Positions 31,947 to 40,688 of a stretch of 64,000 nt of DNA are shown one piece after another. Position 1 is the stretch's first letter. Each line of letters starts with the position of its first letter. Under the pieces are notes generated by a model that saw only the letters and a list, made by a program, of their open reading frames with translations, was not told the DNA's origin and did no database searches. Source of the stretch: an uncultured bacterium (GTDB taxonomy: Bacteria > Babelota > Babeliae > Babelales > JACPOV01); assembly GCA_963744715.1 (NCBI GenBank), contig CAVUUR010000009.1, forward strand, positions 102,864 to 166,863, in the 5' to 3' direction. The position numbers and the translations under genes are program-made.

Positions 31947-32462
31947 TTATTGTTTTTCATGATTAAGAAGCCATTGTTTGCGCGTTAAGCCGCCAGCATA
32001 ACCTCCTAAATCACCATTTTTATTAATAACACGATGACAAGGGATAACAATAGCGCATTTATTGGTAGCATTAGCCTGCGCAACAGCCCTAAAAGCAGTT
32101 GGTTGCTGTATGTGATGTGCTACATCACTATATGATTGTGTTTGTCCGTACGGAATTGTTGTTAATGTTTTCCAGACCGATTGTTGAAATGATGATCCAG
32201 CAAAAGCTAAAGGTATCGTAAATGTTCGTAATTGCCCATCAAAATAGTGCTGCAATTCTTGTTTAATTAAAGAACTGAGTTTGCTTGGACCATCTTTTAT
32301 TACAAATTTTTGCTTATTTGTTACAAGAGATATTTTTTTATCTAGATTATTTTTATCTGCAAAATCTAAAAAGTAGAGCAGACGATCATCGGCAAGGGCT
32401 ATCATATCTCCGATTGGTGTTGTAATTGAAAATTTGCTGAGTGTAATAATAGTGTGTTTCAA
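31947..32462 (-). CDS. ogt: Methylated-DNA-protein-cysteine methyltransferase
   Basis: FQ..VW..L..IPYG, RAVA.AN and IPCHRV active site; start uncertain. Confidence 0.93.
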   Translation of the reverse strand: MKHTIITLSKFSITTPIGDMIALADDRLLYFLDFADKNNLDKKISLVTNKQKFVIKDGPSKLSSLIKQELQHYFDGQLRTFTIPLAFAGSSFQQSVWKTLTTIPYGQTQSYSDVAHHIQQPTAFRAVAQANATNKCAIVIPCHRVINKNGDLGGYAGGLTRKQWLLNHEKQ

Positions 32463-32654
32463 GTGAAAAATCTTTCATAATGATGAAAAAAGTACAATTA
32501 TAAAAACAGGTAAAACTGTTTGCTATGAGCAGCGTATGACTATGGATTTATTTTAATCAAAAGAATAGTAGTTTTATGGTAAAAAGTAAAATTTGAACAA
32601 TGTATTACTACACTAATCTTGCTATTAGTACTATTTTATGATACAAATAGATAT

Positions 32655-32786
32655 ATGAAGATTATAATAAATTGTCCTAACAATGCATGTTCGAACACCA
32701 CATTTTTTGGCCTTAATAGTGCCAAGAGCCATATCTGTGCCCATTCTTATTATTCTTACGTATATAGGGGGTCGCAGTATGCCTAA
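32655..32786 (+). CDS. Putative Tyr-rich attenuator leader peptide (43 aa)
   Basis: MKIIINCPNNACSNTTFFGLNSAKSHICAHSYYSYVYRGSQYA*; homologous in-frame copy at 33900. Confidence 0.7.
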   Translation: MKIIINCPNNACSNTTFFGLNSAKSHICAHSYYSYVYRGSQYA

Positions 32787-32849
32787 ATAATAAATTTAAG
32801 AAAATTTAAGGCTTTTGCGGAACCCCGGTTTTTAAAACCGGGGTTTTTT
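32767..32849 (+). terminator. Antiterminator/terminator pair (attenuator 1)
   Basis: Terminator AACCCCGGTTT-loop-AAACCGGGGTT+U-run at 32821-32849; competing helix GGGGTCGCA..GCCT / AGGC..TGCGGAACCCC. Confidence 0.8.
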
Positions 32850-32877
32850 ATTTGGTAAACATTTAACAAGGAATTTC

Positions 32878-33840
32878 ATGAAAAAAATAATGTTGAGTAT
32901 TGGTATTACGATCATATTTTTTGCAAGTTTCGTTATGGTTAAACGAAGTAAGCAACCAACGAAAACTGCTGCGTATGCCGTCGGTATCGTGCAAACGGCA
33001 TCGCATCCGGCACTTGATGCTGTGCGTGAAGGATTTATTGAAGTATTACAACGTAAAATGGGTGACTCTATTGAGTTTGTGATTCAGAATGCACAAGGCT
33101 CAGTTGCTCAGGCTCATGCAATTGCTCAACAATTTCATAGCAACAAACAATATAATGGATTTTTTGCCATTGCCACACCCGCGGCTCAAGCTATGAGTGC
33201 GGTGCAAAAAGAAAAGCCACTTATTATTGCTGCAGTAACCGATCCGGATGCATTAGGCCTTATGCATCCAACTACTAATGTCTGCGGTGTCAATGATATG
33301 ATTGATGTTAGATCTGAGATAGAAATGCTTACGCAGTTACTACCGAATGTAAAAAAAGTTGGCCTTTTATATACCGCAGGAGAAGCAAATTCTATTGCGG
33401 TAATAAAACAAATGCACCAGGAACTTGAAACGCGAGATTTAGCGTTTATTGATTTTGCAATAGGCAGTGAAGCGGATATTTCTGCCATGGTACATCTAGC
33501 TTGTCGAAAAACTGATGTTATTCTTGCCCCAACCGATAATATGGTTGCTTGCGCAATTGCAATAATTGCAACCATAGCAGGACACTATAAAAAACCTTTA
33601 ATCGTAAGTGATAATATGCTCGTTAAGTTTGGTGCGCTTGCAGCGCGTGGTGTTGATTATAAAGCTCATGGTAAACAAGCTGGAGAGGTGGCGTACAAGA
33701 TTCTTGTTGAAGGAAAAAAGCCATGCGAGTTACCGATTGAACCAACAAAAAGTGAACAAATAGTGGTTAACCAAGCAACGTTAGCAGCACTCGGATTGAC
33801 TATTCCCCATGAATTGCAACCGTATGTTGTCTTAGTCTGA
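32878..33840 (+). CDS. ABC transporter substrate-binding protein (TrpX-like aromatic amino acid family)
   Basis: HPALD..REGF, NAQG, IATPAAQA, AVTDP, E.NS and TDN motifs. Confidence 0.88.
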   Translation: MKKIMLSIGITIIFFASFVMVKRSKQPTKTAAYAVGIVQTASHPALDAVREGFIEVLQRKMGDSIEFVIQNAQGSVAQAHAIAQQFHSNKQYNGFFAIATPAAQAMSAVQKEKPLIIAAVTDPDALGLMHPTTNVCGVNDMIDVRSEIEMLTQLLPNVKKVGLLYTAGEANSIAVIKQMHQELETRDLAFIDFAIGSEADISAMVHLACRKTDVILAPTDNMVACAIAIIATIAGHYKKPLIVSDNMLVKFGALAARGVDYKAHGKQAGEVAYKILVEGKKPCELPIEPTKSEQIVVNQATLAALGLTIPHELQPYVVLV

Positions 33841-33899
33841 TAACGATAAAAAAATGATGAACTTGCTATTTGTATTATTGTATGTTACCATAAAAAAGC

Positions 33900-34043
33900 A
33901 TGAAGATAACGATGAATCGTTCTAACAACTTATTATCGAATACAGAAGTTCTTGGCCTAGATAGGGCCACAGGCAATCATTGTGTCGTTTCTCATACCAA
34001 TTATTATTTTTACTTTACACTATGGGGATCGCAGTATGCCTGA
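33900..34043 (+). CDS. Putative aromatic-rich attenuator leader peptide (47 aa)
   Basis: MKITMNRSNNLLSNTEVLGLDRATGNHCVVSHTNYYFYFTLWGSQYA*. Confidence 0.7.
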   Translation: MKITMNRSNNLLSNTEVLGLDRATGNHCVVSHTNYYFYFTLWGSQYA

Positions 34044-34109
34044 GGTATAAGTTTAAAAAATTTATAAGGCAGTTGTGAAAACCCCGGTTTTAAAAGCCGG
34101 GGTTTTTTT
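34024..34109 (+). terminator. Antiterminator/terminator pair (attenuator 2)
   Basis: Terminator AAAACCCCGGTTT-loop-AAGCCGGGGTTTT+U-run at 34078-34109; competing helix GGGGATCGCAG..TGCCT / AGGCA.TTGTGA..CCCC. Confidence 0.8.
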
Positions 34110-34153
34110 ATTGCAAAAAGTTGAAAGTTTGATGTTCATGAAAGGAAAAATAC

Positions 34154-35128
34154 ATGAAAAAAATTAGAATACAAGAAAGCTTCGTGAAAAAAACGATATT
34201 GATTATCATGGGGATTATCTGTTTGGTTACTATAATTCAAGGTATAAAAAAACCAGTAATAACTGCCGCTTATACCGTTGGTATAATGCAAACGGCATCG
34301 CATCCGGCACTCGATGCGGTGCGTGAAGGATTTATTGAAACATTAAAAAATAAGATGGGCAATACTGTTGAATTTGTGATTCAGAATGCACAAGGTTCAG
34401 TTGCTCAGGCTCACGCAGTTGCCCAACAATTTCATGCCAACAAACAATATAATGGATTTTTTGCCATTGCTACGCCTGCTGCGCAAGCCATGAGTGCCAT
34501 AGAAAAAGAAAAGCCAATTATTATTGCTGCAGTAACCGATCCAAGCATTTTAGGAGCACAGACTAATATTTGCGGTGTTCATGACATGATTGATATGCAT
34601 AAAGAAATTGATATGGTTCATCAATTATTGCCTCATGCACAAACTATTGCATTATTGTATAACAATGGAGAAGCAAACTCTATTGCACAAATTCAAATTA
34701 TTAAGAAAGAACTGAAAGAGCTCAACGTAGATTGTCTTGAGTTAGGAATTGTTCAAGAAAATGATATCGCAACCGTTGTTGCTATGGCTTGTCGAAAAGC
34801 TGATGTGCTACTGTGTCCAACTGATAATATGCTAGCATCGGCTATGGATTTGGTAGCATCAATTGCACATGCCAATAAAAAACCACTCATTGCATGCCAT
34901 AATCAGGCAGTAAATCAAGGTGCGCTTGCAGCGCGTGGTGTTGATTATAAAGCTCATGGTAAACAAGCTGGAGAGGTGGCGTACAAGATTCTTGTTGAAG
35001 GAAAAAAGCCATGCGAGTTACCGATTGAACCGACAAAAAGTGAACAGATAGTGGTTAACCGAGCAACGTTGACAGCACTTGGTTTGACTATTCCTGATGC
35101 GTTGCAGCCATATATTGTTTTAGTTTGA
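34154..35128 (+). CDS. ABC transporter substrate-binding protein, paralog 2
   Basis: Same motifs as 32878-33840; start may be the GTG at 34184. Confidence 0.88.
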   Translation: MKKIRIQESFVKKTILIIMGIICLVTIIQGIKKPVITAAYTVGIMQTASHPALDAVREGFIETLKNKMGNTVEFVIQNAQGSVAQAHAVAQQFHANKQYNGFFAIATPAAQAMSAIEKEKPIIIAAVTDPSILGAQTNICGVHDMIDMHKEIDMVHQLLPHAQTIALLYNNGEANSIAQIQIIKKELKELNVDCLELGIVQENDIATVVAMACRKADVLLCPTDNMLASAMDLVASIAHANKKPLIACHNQAVNQGALAARGVDYKAHGKQAGEVAYKILVEGKKPCELPIEPTKSEQIVVNRATLTALGLTIPDALQPYIVLV

Positions 35129-35140
35129 TAAGGATACATA

Positions 35141-35985
35141 ATGATTGAATTACTCAACATAGCACAAGGTATTATTGAGCGCGGTCTTATTTTTGGTGTT
35201 GTGGTGGCCGCAGTGTACGTAGCTTCACGCCTCGTTAAGTTTGATAATTTAGCCGTTGAGGGTGCATTCGGATTAGGTGGTGCACTAACGGCGCTGTTAA
35301 TAAGTTACGGCGTAAATCCATGGATGGGCCTTATTGGTGCAGCATGCATTGGGGGAATATCAGGAATAATTACCGGATTACTTAATACTTCCTTAAAATT
35401 AAACAATTTGATTAGCGGCATTGTAGTGAGCACCGGTGCATTTTCTGTAACATTGAAAATAGCTGGATCAAATATGTCATTATACGGCAACCAAACTATT
35501 TTTACGCTCATGCCATTGGCGCTAGCGCCGTATCAATCACTACTGTGCTTACGTTTGTTTGTTGCATACTTTTTTATTTCATTAATTGGTTGTTAACAAC
35601 AGAAGTTGGTTTTTTATTGTATGCGGTTGGTGATAATCCGCAGATGCTTACCAATGTTGGTAAAAGTGTGCAGGGATATACGATGTTAGGATTAGCGATC
35701 TCCAATACCTTGGCAGCATTAAGCGGGGCATTGTTTGTGCAATATGCCGGTTATTTTTCAATTTGGGCAAGCGTTGGTGTTTTAATTATTGGCTTGGCCG
35801 GTATGATACTAGCGCAAGCATTAAGTAATAATTTTGGCATTGCTCTTCTAGTTGGTTCAATTGCATACCAAGCAATTATAGCACTCACCTTTGAATTACA
35901 GCTTGACCAAGATTGGAACAAATTAATTACCGCATCACTTATTGTAATACTTATTATGCTTAAACAATGGTTGCCTAAAAAATAG
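35141..35985 (+). CDS. ABC transporter permease (apparent frameshift near 35550)
   Basis: L.VEGAF.LGGA, T..G..L.AVGDN and GLA.SN.L.ALSGAL motifs across two ORFs. Confidence 0.88.
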
Positions 35986-35992
35986 GATTATT

Positions 35993-36748
35993 ATGTTACA
36001 ACTTAAAAATATTAATGTATGGTTTGATAATAATCATATCGTGCGCGATATTTCTTGCGATGTTCAGCCAGGTGATTTTATTGTTATTGTTGGTACCAAT
36101 GGTGCTGGGAAAACGACCCTCTTTGATGCTATTGCAGGAAAAATAAAACCAAACAGTGGCGCTATTGTAGTTGATAATGTTGATATTACCGCATTGCATG
36201 AACAACAACGTGCTCATATTATTACGCGTCTTTTTCAAAATACGAAATTAAATTCGGTGGGGTCATTAACGGTAGCGCAAAATCTTGCTATGGCGAACTA
36301 CAGCCGGCGCCGTGCGCGTCTTGTCGACGGTATGCAGGTAATGCCTCAAGAGTTGGCAGAAAAAATAATAACCGAACTTGGTGGTGATGTATCACTATTA
36401 GAAAAACCAATGAATGCCTTGTCGGGAGGGCAACGACAACTGATTGCATTTGTGATGGCAACACAAGCAATACCGAAAATATTGTTGCTTGATGAGCCTA
36501 CTGCGGCACTTGACCCACAAGCTTCAACAATATTACTGCATCATGCAACAAAATTTATTAAACAACATGCGATAACTACGTTGCTGATAACGCATGATCC
36601 ACATATTGCTTTAAGCATTGGTAATAAAATTTGGGTTTTGGAACATGGTAGGATTACTAAGCAGTATGGTGAACAAGAAAAGAAACATTTGAATCCGGAT
36701 CAGCTGATTGGCCAGATTGATTATGCAAAAATTTCTCAATATTATTAA
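35993..36748 (+). CDS. ABC transporter ATP-binding protein
   Basis: GTNGAGKT, LSGGQRQ, LLLDEPTAALDP and ITH motifs. Confidence 0.96.
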   Translation: MLQLKNINVWFDNNHIVRDISCDVQPGDFIVIVGTNGAGKTTLFDAIAGKIKPNSGAIVVDNVDITALHEQQRAHIITRLFQNTKLNSVGSLTVAQNLAMANYSRRRARLVDGMQVMPQELAEKIITELGGDVSLLEKPMNALSGGQRQLIAFVMATQAIPKILLLDEPTAALDPQASTILLHHATKFIKQHAITTLLITHDPHIALSIGNKIWVLEHGRITKQYGEQEKKHLNPDQLIGQIDYAKISQYY

Positions 36749-36825
36749 AAAATAAACTAAGCATGTATTTCAGGTCCCAAATATTTCTTGGGCCCATGGA
36801 GCAAATGCATCGTTATTTTTTATAG

Positions 36826-37188
36826 TTAATGTGTTGTATGAAATAAATTGTAGCTGTATATTGTATCCGGCCATGAATCCTGCCAGGTATATCCTTCTAA
36901 ACATGTCATAAGGCCGTCTTTTATAAATAAAACAAATCCATATCCATAAACGTCATTTATAGTGGCGTCAACATCACCATAACCATATTCAACTGGCTCA
37001 ATTATATGGAGAACATTATTGGGCACAATAAAATCAGTAAAAAACCCGACACCAGTAAAATCTCTGCATTCTATATGTACACGTTTATACTGCTCTCGTA
37101 ATACATTATTAATTGAAGTATCATGTTCCATTATTTTGTGCATAACTGCTTGTTCAAATTTTTCAAACGGTATTATTTTTCTGATCAT
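36826..37188 (-). CDS. Putative immunity protein (orphan)
   Basis: Small acidic ORF (RDFTGVGFFTDF...GFVLFIKDG...LEGYT...WP) at the end of the toxin-downstream array. Confidence 0.55.
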   Translation of the reverse strand: MIRKIIPFEKFEQAVMHKIMEHDTSINNVLREQYKRVHIECRDFTGVGFFTDFIVPNNVLHIIEPVEYGYGDVDATINDVYGYGFVLFIKDGLMTCLEGYTWQDSWPDTIYSYNLFHTTH

Positions 37189-37192
37189 TAAT

Positions 37193-37576
37193 CTAATCTC
37201 TCAGTTTTTTTCCAAAGGTATATGAACCTTCTTTAATTTTGGAAAATATATGTTGTTTTAGTTCTTGATCATCAATTCTATCAAAATCATTGGTAAACCA
37301 ACGTAATGAATCGGGCAAACCTAAATTTTCTTTATACAGCAAGAGAGCCAATGTTGCTTGAATTTTTTCTAGCATAGCAAAGTAATCATCGGCCAATTCA
37401 AGTTTTTCGCAATTTTTTATCATAGAAAAAATATACATAATTTCCTGACCTAGCAATGACGGATTATTAGATAGATCAATTCCTATATTTTCTAATTCTT
37501 TCAATTTTTTATCTAAATCTATTGATGAAATGAGCATATTACGCAAGTAATCCTTATCATTGTTTTTAATGTTCAA
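37193..37576 (-). CDS. Hypothetical protein, putative immunity
   Basis: 127-aa ORF tightly packed in the array. Confidence 0.5.
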   Translation of the reverse strand: MNIKNNDKDYLRNMLISSIDLDKKLKELENIGIDLSNNPSLLGQEIMYIFSMIKNCEKLELADDYFAMLEKIQATLALLLYKENLGLPDSLRWFTNDFDRIDDQELKQHIFSKIKEGSYTFGKKLRD

Positions 37577-37581
37577 CTAAA

Positions 37582-37971
37582 TCATAGTATTTTTTCTGAT
37601 CCAAAAGTTTTTTTATGCCAATATCCTTTTGGTTTACCATAAAACCATTCTTTGTTATTTTGATTTAAGAAGATTGTCAATTGTTTCATTGATATTTTAT
37701 ATCGATAAAATAATGCAATTAATTCTCGTAAATCATCATCTGGTATTATGTTGCTTTTAATATACAAATGTAATTCATCAGAAATTCCACGAAATTCAAT
37801 TATTGATGGTATTCTTTTGATCCATTCAAAAAATAAATCTTCATCAATGCTGGAATAATACCAAACTGATTTTCCTACTAAAGTAATGTGTTCATTATTT
37901 TTTGTATAAAATCTGAGAGGTGTACAGATGAGTGTTATTTGTTTATTGAATTTGTTGATAATCTTCTCCAT
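37582..37971 (-). CDS. Hypothetical protein, putative immunity
   Basis: YS..DE..FFEWI...DDDLRELIALFYRY; array context. Confidence 0.55.
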   Translation of the reverse strand: MEKIINKFNKQITLICTPLRFYTKNNEHITLVGKSVWYYSSIDEDLFFEWIKRIPSIIEFRGISDELHLYIKSNIIPDDDLRELIALFYRYKISMKQLTIFLNQNNKEWFYGKPKGYWHKKTFGSEKIL

Positions 37972-38416
37972 CAGTTTTAATACTTAATGAAGCAAAAAAA
38001 TCATACAAATCGATACTCCACTCATCAACAGGTTGGGTTGCTCTTGCCATAAGATATAAATAACATGTTTGAGCATTATAAGGAGGAAGTTTAGCTCGTT
38101 TTCTTTTAAATGTTTGACCCCCAAGAATATGAATTTGTACGTAGACCATATTACGAACCTTATATAATGCCCATAGACTCATACGTGGATTTGTTTCTAA
38201 AGTCGATATATCAGCAATCAGACAAGAAACATTATGAGTTTTAAGTCTATCAATGCCTTCTTTCCACTGTTGTTTGTATTCTTGAATTGTCCATGAGTCA
38301 AGAGACATAATAAATTTTTCCTTATAATCACCTATGGTAATTTGTCCCCACTCACACAATTCACCAGCAATCTTTTTTGGCTTTTTGCTAACAACTTCTA
38401 TCTTGAATTTCTTCAT
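37943..38416 (-). CDS. CdiI-like immunity protein, paralog of 38889-39386
   Basis: MKKFKIEV..KKP and WT.Q.YKQQWKEG.DRLKTH shared with 38889-39386. Confidence 0.7.
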   Translation of the reverse strand: MKKFKIEVVSKKPKKIAGELCEWGQITIGDYKEKFIMSLDSWTIQEYKQQWKEGIDRLKTHNVSCLIADISTLETNPRMSLWALYKVRNMVYVQIHILGGQTFKRKRAKLPPYNAQTCYLYLMARATQPVDEWSIDLYDFFASLSIKTDGEDYQQIQ

Positions 38417-38447
38417 GGTAACTTTCTATAAATTTCCTGTTGGTGCA

Positions 38448-38885
38448 TTATGATGTGCGTATTAATTGCACTTTAGGTTCGCATGTATCAATAATATCTA
38501 CTATCGAATCTGCTGCAACGATAGAAAAATGTATGAATGATAATGAATCGCTAATACCATATGATTCTTCTGATAACCATTGTACATATGATGAATTAGT
38601 TACTTTAAAGAATGTCCAATCTCCATAAAATTTTGAGCCGTAGCGCTCATCAAGTATGTTTATAGTATTTAATCTAAAACTTTCATCAACACTTCGATAA
38701 GAATCTACAGAACCTTCAAAGGTTATTAAAACCTTATTGTTTTCATTATTATAATCAGAGAGCCAGACTTTAAATCCATCAATAGCATCAACAATTGAAT
38801 CAACATAATACTTAGCGGCCAAACCTTGTACTGGTTCCCATTTTTCCCATTGTTCTAGCATCGTTATCATTTCTGTATTATTCAT
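38448..38885 (-). CDS. Hypothetical protein, putative immunity
   Basis: Acidic 145-aa ORF (WEP...YR..DES.R...WTFFKV.NS.Y..W); array context. Confidence 0.55.
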   Translation of the reverse strand: MNNTEMITMLEQWEKWEPVQGLAAKYYVDSIVDAIDGFKVWLSDYNNENNKVLITFEGSVDSYRSVDESFRLNTINILDERYGSKFYGDWTFFKVTNSSYVQWLSEESYGISDSLSFIHFSIVAADSIVDIIDTCEPKVQLIRTS

Positions 38886-38888
38886 TCC

Positions 38889-39386
38889 TTATAAAGCTAA
38901 TCTGGTAATATTGCTATCTACTGATGCAAAAAAATCTTCTGCGGCAATACTCCATTCTACAATTTTATGACCCTCTTCAGTTATTGAATCACCTTTTTCA
39001 TTAGTTACCCGTTGATCAATAAGTTGATAACAGGTTTTAGAATAACAAGGAGATTCCCCAGGTGGTATTGTTTTCAATAATATACAACTGATAAGTTGAT
39101 ACGTTACAAAAATAGTAGTATCAACTTTATATAATTTCCATAATCTTAAGCATGGAAGTCGAAACTTCGTCATCATGATAAAAGTAACGAAACATGAAGA
39201 ATCATGAGTTTTCAGTCTATCAAGACCTTCTTTCCATTGTTGTTTATAATCCTGAAGAGTCCACACATCTAACGGCATATCTAATATTTCTTTAAAAGAA
39301 CCTACAGTTAGTTTTCCTTCGTGCCATAAAATTCCGGAAGCCGTCGTTGGCTTTTTGTTAATAACTTCAATTTTAAATTTTTTCAT
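38889..39386 (-). CDS. Cognate immunity protein (resembles Enterobacter cloacae CdiI family)
   Basis: Starts 1 nt after the toxin stop; G...G.F.E....PL..W...DY..QW pattern recalled from CdiI-ECL-like proteins. Confidence 0.7.
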   Translation of the reverse strand: MKKFKIEVINKKPTTASGILWHEGKLTVGSFKEILDMPLDVWTLQDYKQQWKEGLDRLKTHDSSCFVTFIMMTKFRLPCLRLWKLYKVDTTIFVTYQLISCILLKTIPPGESPCYSKTCYQLIDQRVTNEKGDSITEEGHKIVEWSIAAEDFFASVDSNITRLAL

Positions 39387-39387
39387 A

Positions 39388-40497
39388 TTATTTTCCTATG
39401 GGTTTTCCATGAGCATCTAATGTACGTCTTTGCTTTTTTTTATCAAATTCTTTCCAAATACCCCCATTATGCCCATCTCTATCTGGAGAAATCCAAATAT
39501 TACGCTTTGGGTCTTTAAATACAAGTTTCCCATGATCGTCAAAGGGATGATTTTTGTCTTCTTTATAACCTAAAACTTCTGCTAATCTTCTGGCTTCTCT
39601 ATTCGTTAATCCTCCAGGCTTGTGTTTTGTTTCATCAATTTTTTCTTCATCAGAATCTTTTGTAGGTACTTCATTATTTTTAGGTTTTCCTGGAGCTTTA
39701 TCATCTTCTTTTTCTTTAGGAGGTATTGGCTTTGGTATAGGTTGGGTAGGAATTTGTTCGTTAAACAATGCATGACCAAGTTTATCCGGATATACTGAAA
39801 TACCATAACAAGGCACATCTGCTGGGCCAAAGAACTTTTTTATTCCTATGCCAAAGAGACCACCGAGGATAGCGCCACAACTTAACGTAATGGGTCCCAA
39901 TACACCACCCATACTGCCGCCAGCTGCTGCGCCGGTACCAAAAGCAATTCCTAAACCAATACTTATAGCCGGCAAAACCATATTATGCGTTAAAATTTGG
40001 TTGGTTCCAACAAAAAAAATATGCGTGCCTTTAACATGAATGGCATAGACGGTGCGCGGTTCTTTAAAAAATCTAATCTTAGAAATTCTTTTTACTTCAT
40101 GTTGTTTAGAAAATAAAATATCGCCGATTTTTAATTGGCATGCAGGAATCCATTGCTGAGCATGCACCACATAAAATTCTTGTGTCGCTGTGCAGGTAAT
40201 ATCCTCCCACCATTCATCGTTAAAAGAAATTGCAACATGATAATCGGTTTCACTTTTTCCTGCAGATCGAATAGGGCGTTTAACGAACCCCTGTTTAACA
40301 AAATCAAAACTAGTAATCGATTGTCCATCTTCTACTACATCTTCACATACTAATCGAATTGGATACAGATCTACTGATTGATCTACAATGCTAACGAGGG
40401 TATTGCCATCAAAGCCATGGCCATAACAATGAAACGGTAAAAAAAATTGGGAAATAATCAAAAACAGTGTTGTTGTATAGAGTGAAATACGCTTCAT
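39388..40497 (-). CDS. Polymorphic toxin: signal peptide + Hint domain + Gly-rich hydrophobic segment + Ntox21-like RNase
   Basis: GFDGNTLV...A.QLKIGD.L...VY.I.V.GTH.FFVG...ILTHN (Hint); A..LGY...HG..VF...ISPD.DGHNGG.WK...TLD...IG (Ntox21-like). Confidence 0.8.
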   Translation of the reverse strand: MKRISLYTTTLFLIISQFFLPFHCYGHGFDGNTLVSIVDQSVDLYPIRLVCEDVVEDGQSITSFDFVKQGFVKRPIRSAGKSETDYHVAISFNDEWWEDITCTATQEFYVVHAQQWIPACQLKIGDILFSKQHEVKRISKIRFFKEPRTVYAIHVKGTHIFFVGTNQILTHNMVLPAISIGLGIAFGTGAAAGGSMGGVLGPITLSCGAILGGLFGIGIKKFFGPADVPCYGISVYPDKLGHALFNEQIPTQPIPKPIPPKEKEDDKAPGKPKNNEVPTKDSDEEKIDETKHKPGGLTNREARRLAEVLGYKEDKNHPFDDHGKLVFKDPKRNIWISPDRDGHNGGIWKEFDKKKQRRTLDAHGKPIGK

Positions 40498-40688
40498 ACT
40501 TCTCCGTTACACAAAAATATTTTTAAGGATCATTACATAACATGACGATATCAAAAAAGTTTATTTGCGCAATCAGTTTTTTTAATATTTCTAGCAGTTT
40601 CTAAAACTAAATAATTTATTTCATATTGAAACTTTTGCCAATAAGGTATGCTAAGAAATAAGATTGGTTCTTAGTGGAGTTGGGTTAT

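Noticed and set aside
32683..32790. Alternative Ile/Leu/Val-rich leader peptide MHVRTPHFLALIVPRAISVPILIILTYIGGRSMPK
   Set aside because: The equivalent frame in the second cassette lacks the ATG and contains a TAG, while the MKI...GSQYA frame is conserved in both; not fully excluded for cassette 1
32640..32860. T-box riboswitch upstream of the ABC transporter
   Set aside because: No T-box consensus (TGGNACCGCG) is visible in either leader; the conserved ORF plus antiterminator explains the structure better
39982..40416. Hint domain as a canonical splicing intein
   Set aside because: It has no N-terminal Cys/Ser, the block B His is missing, the +1 residue is Met, and it is not inserted in a conserved host protein
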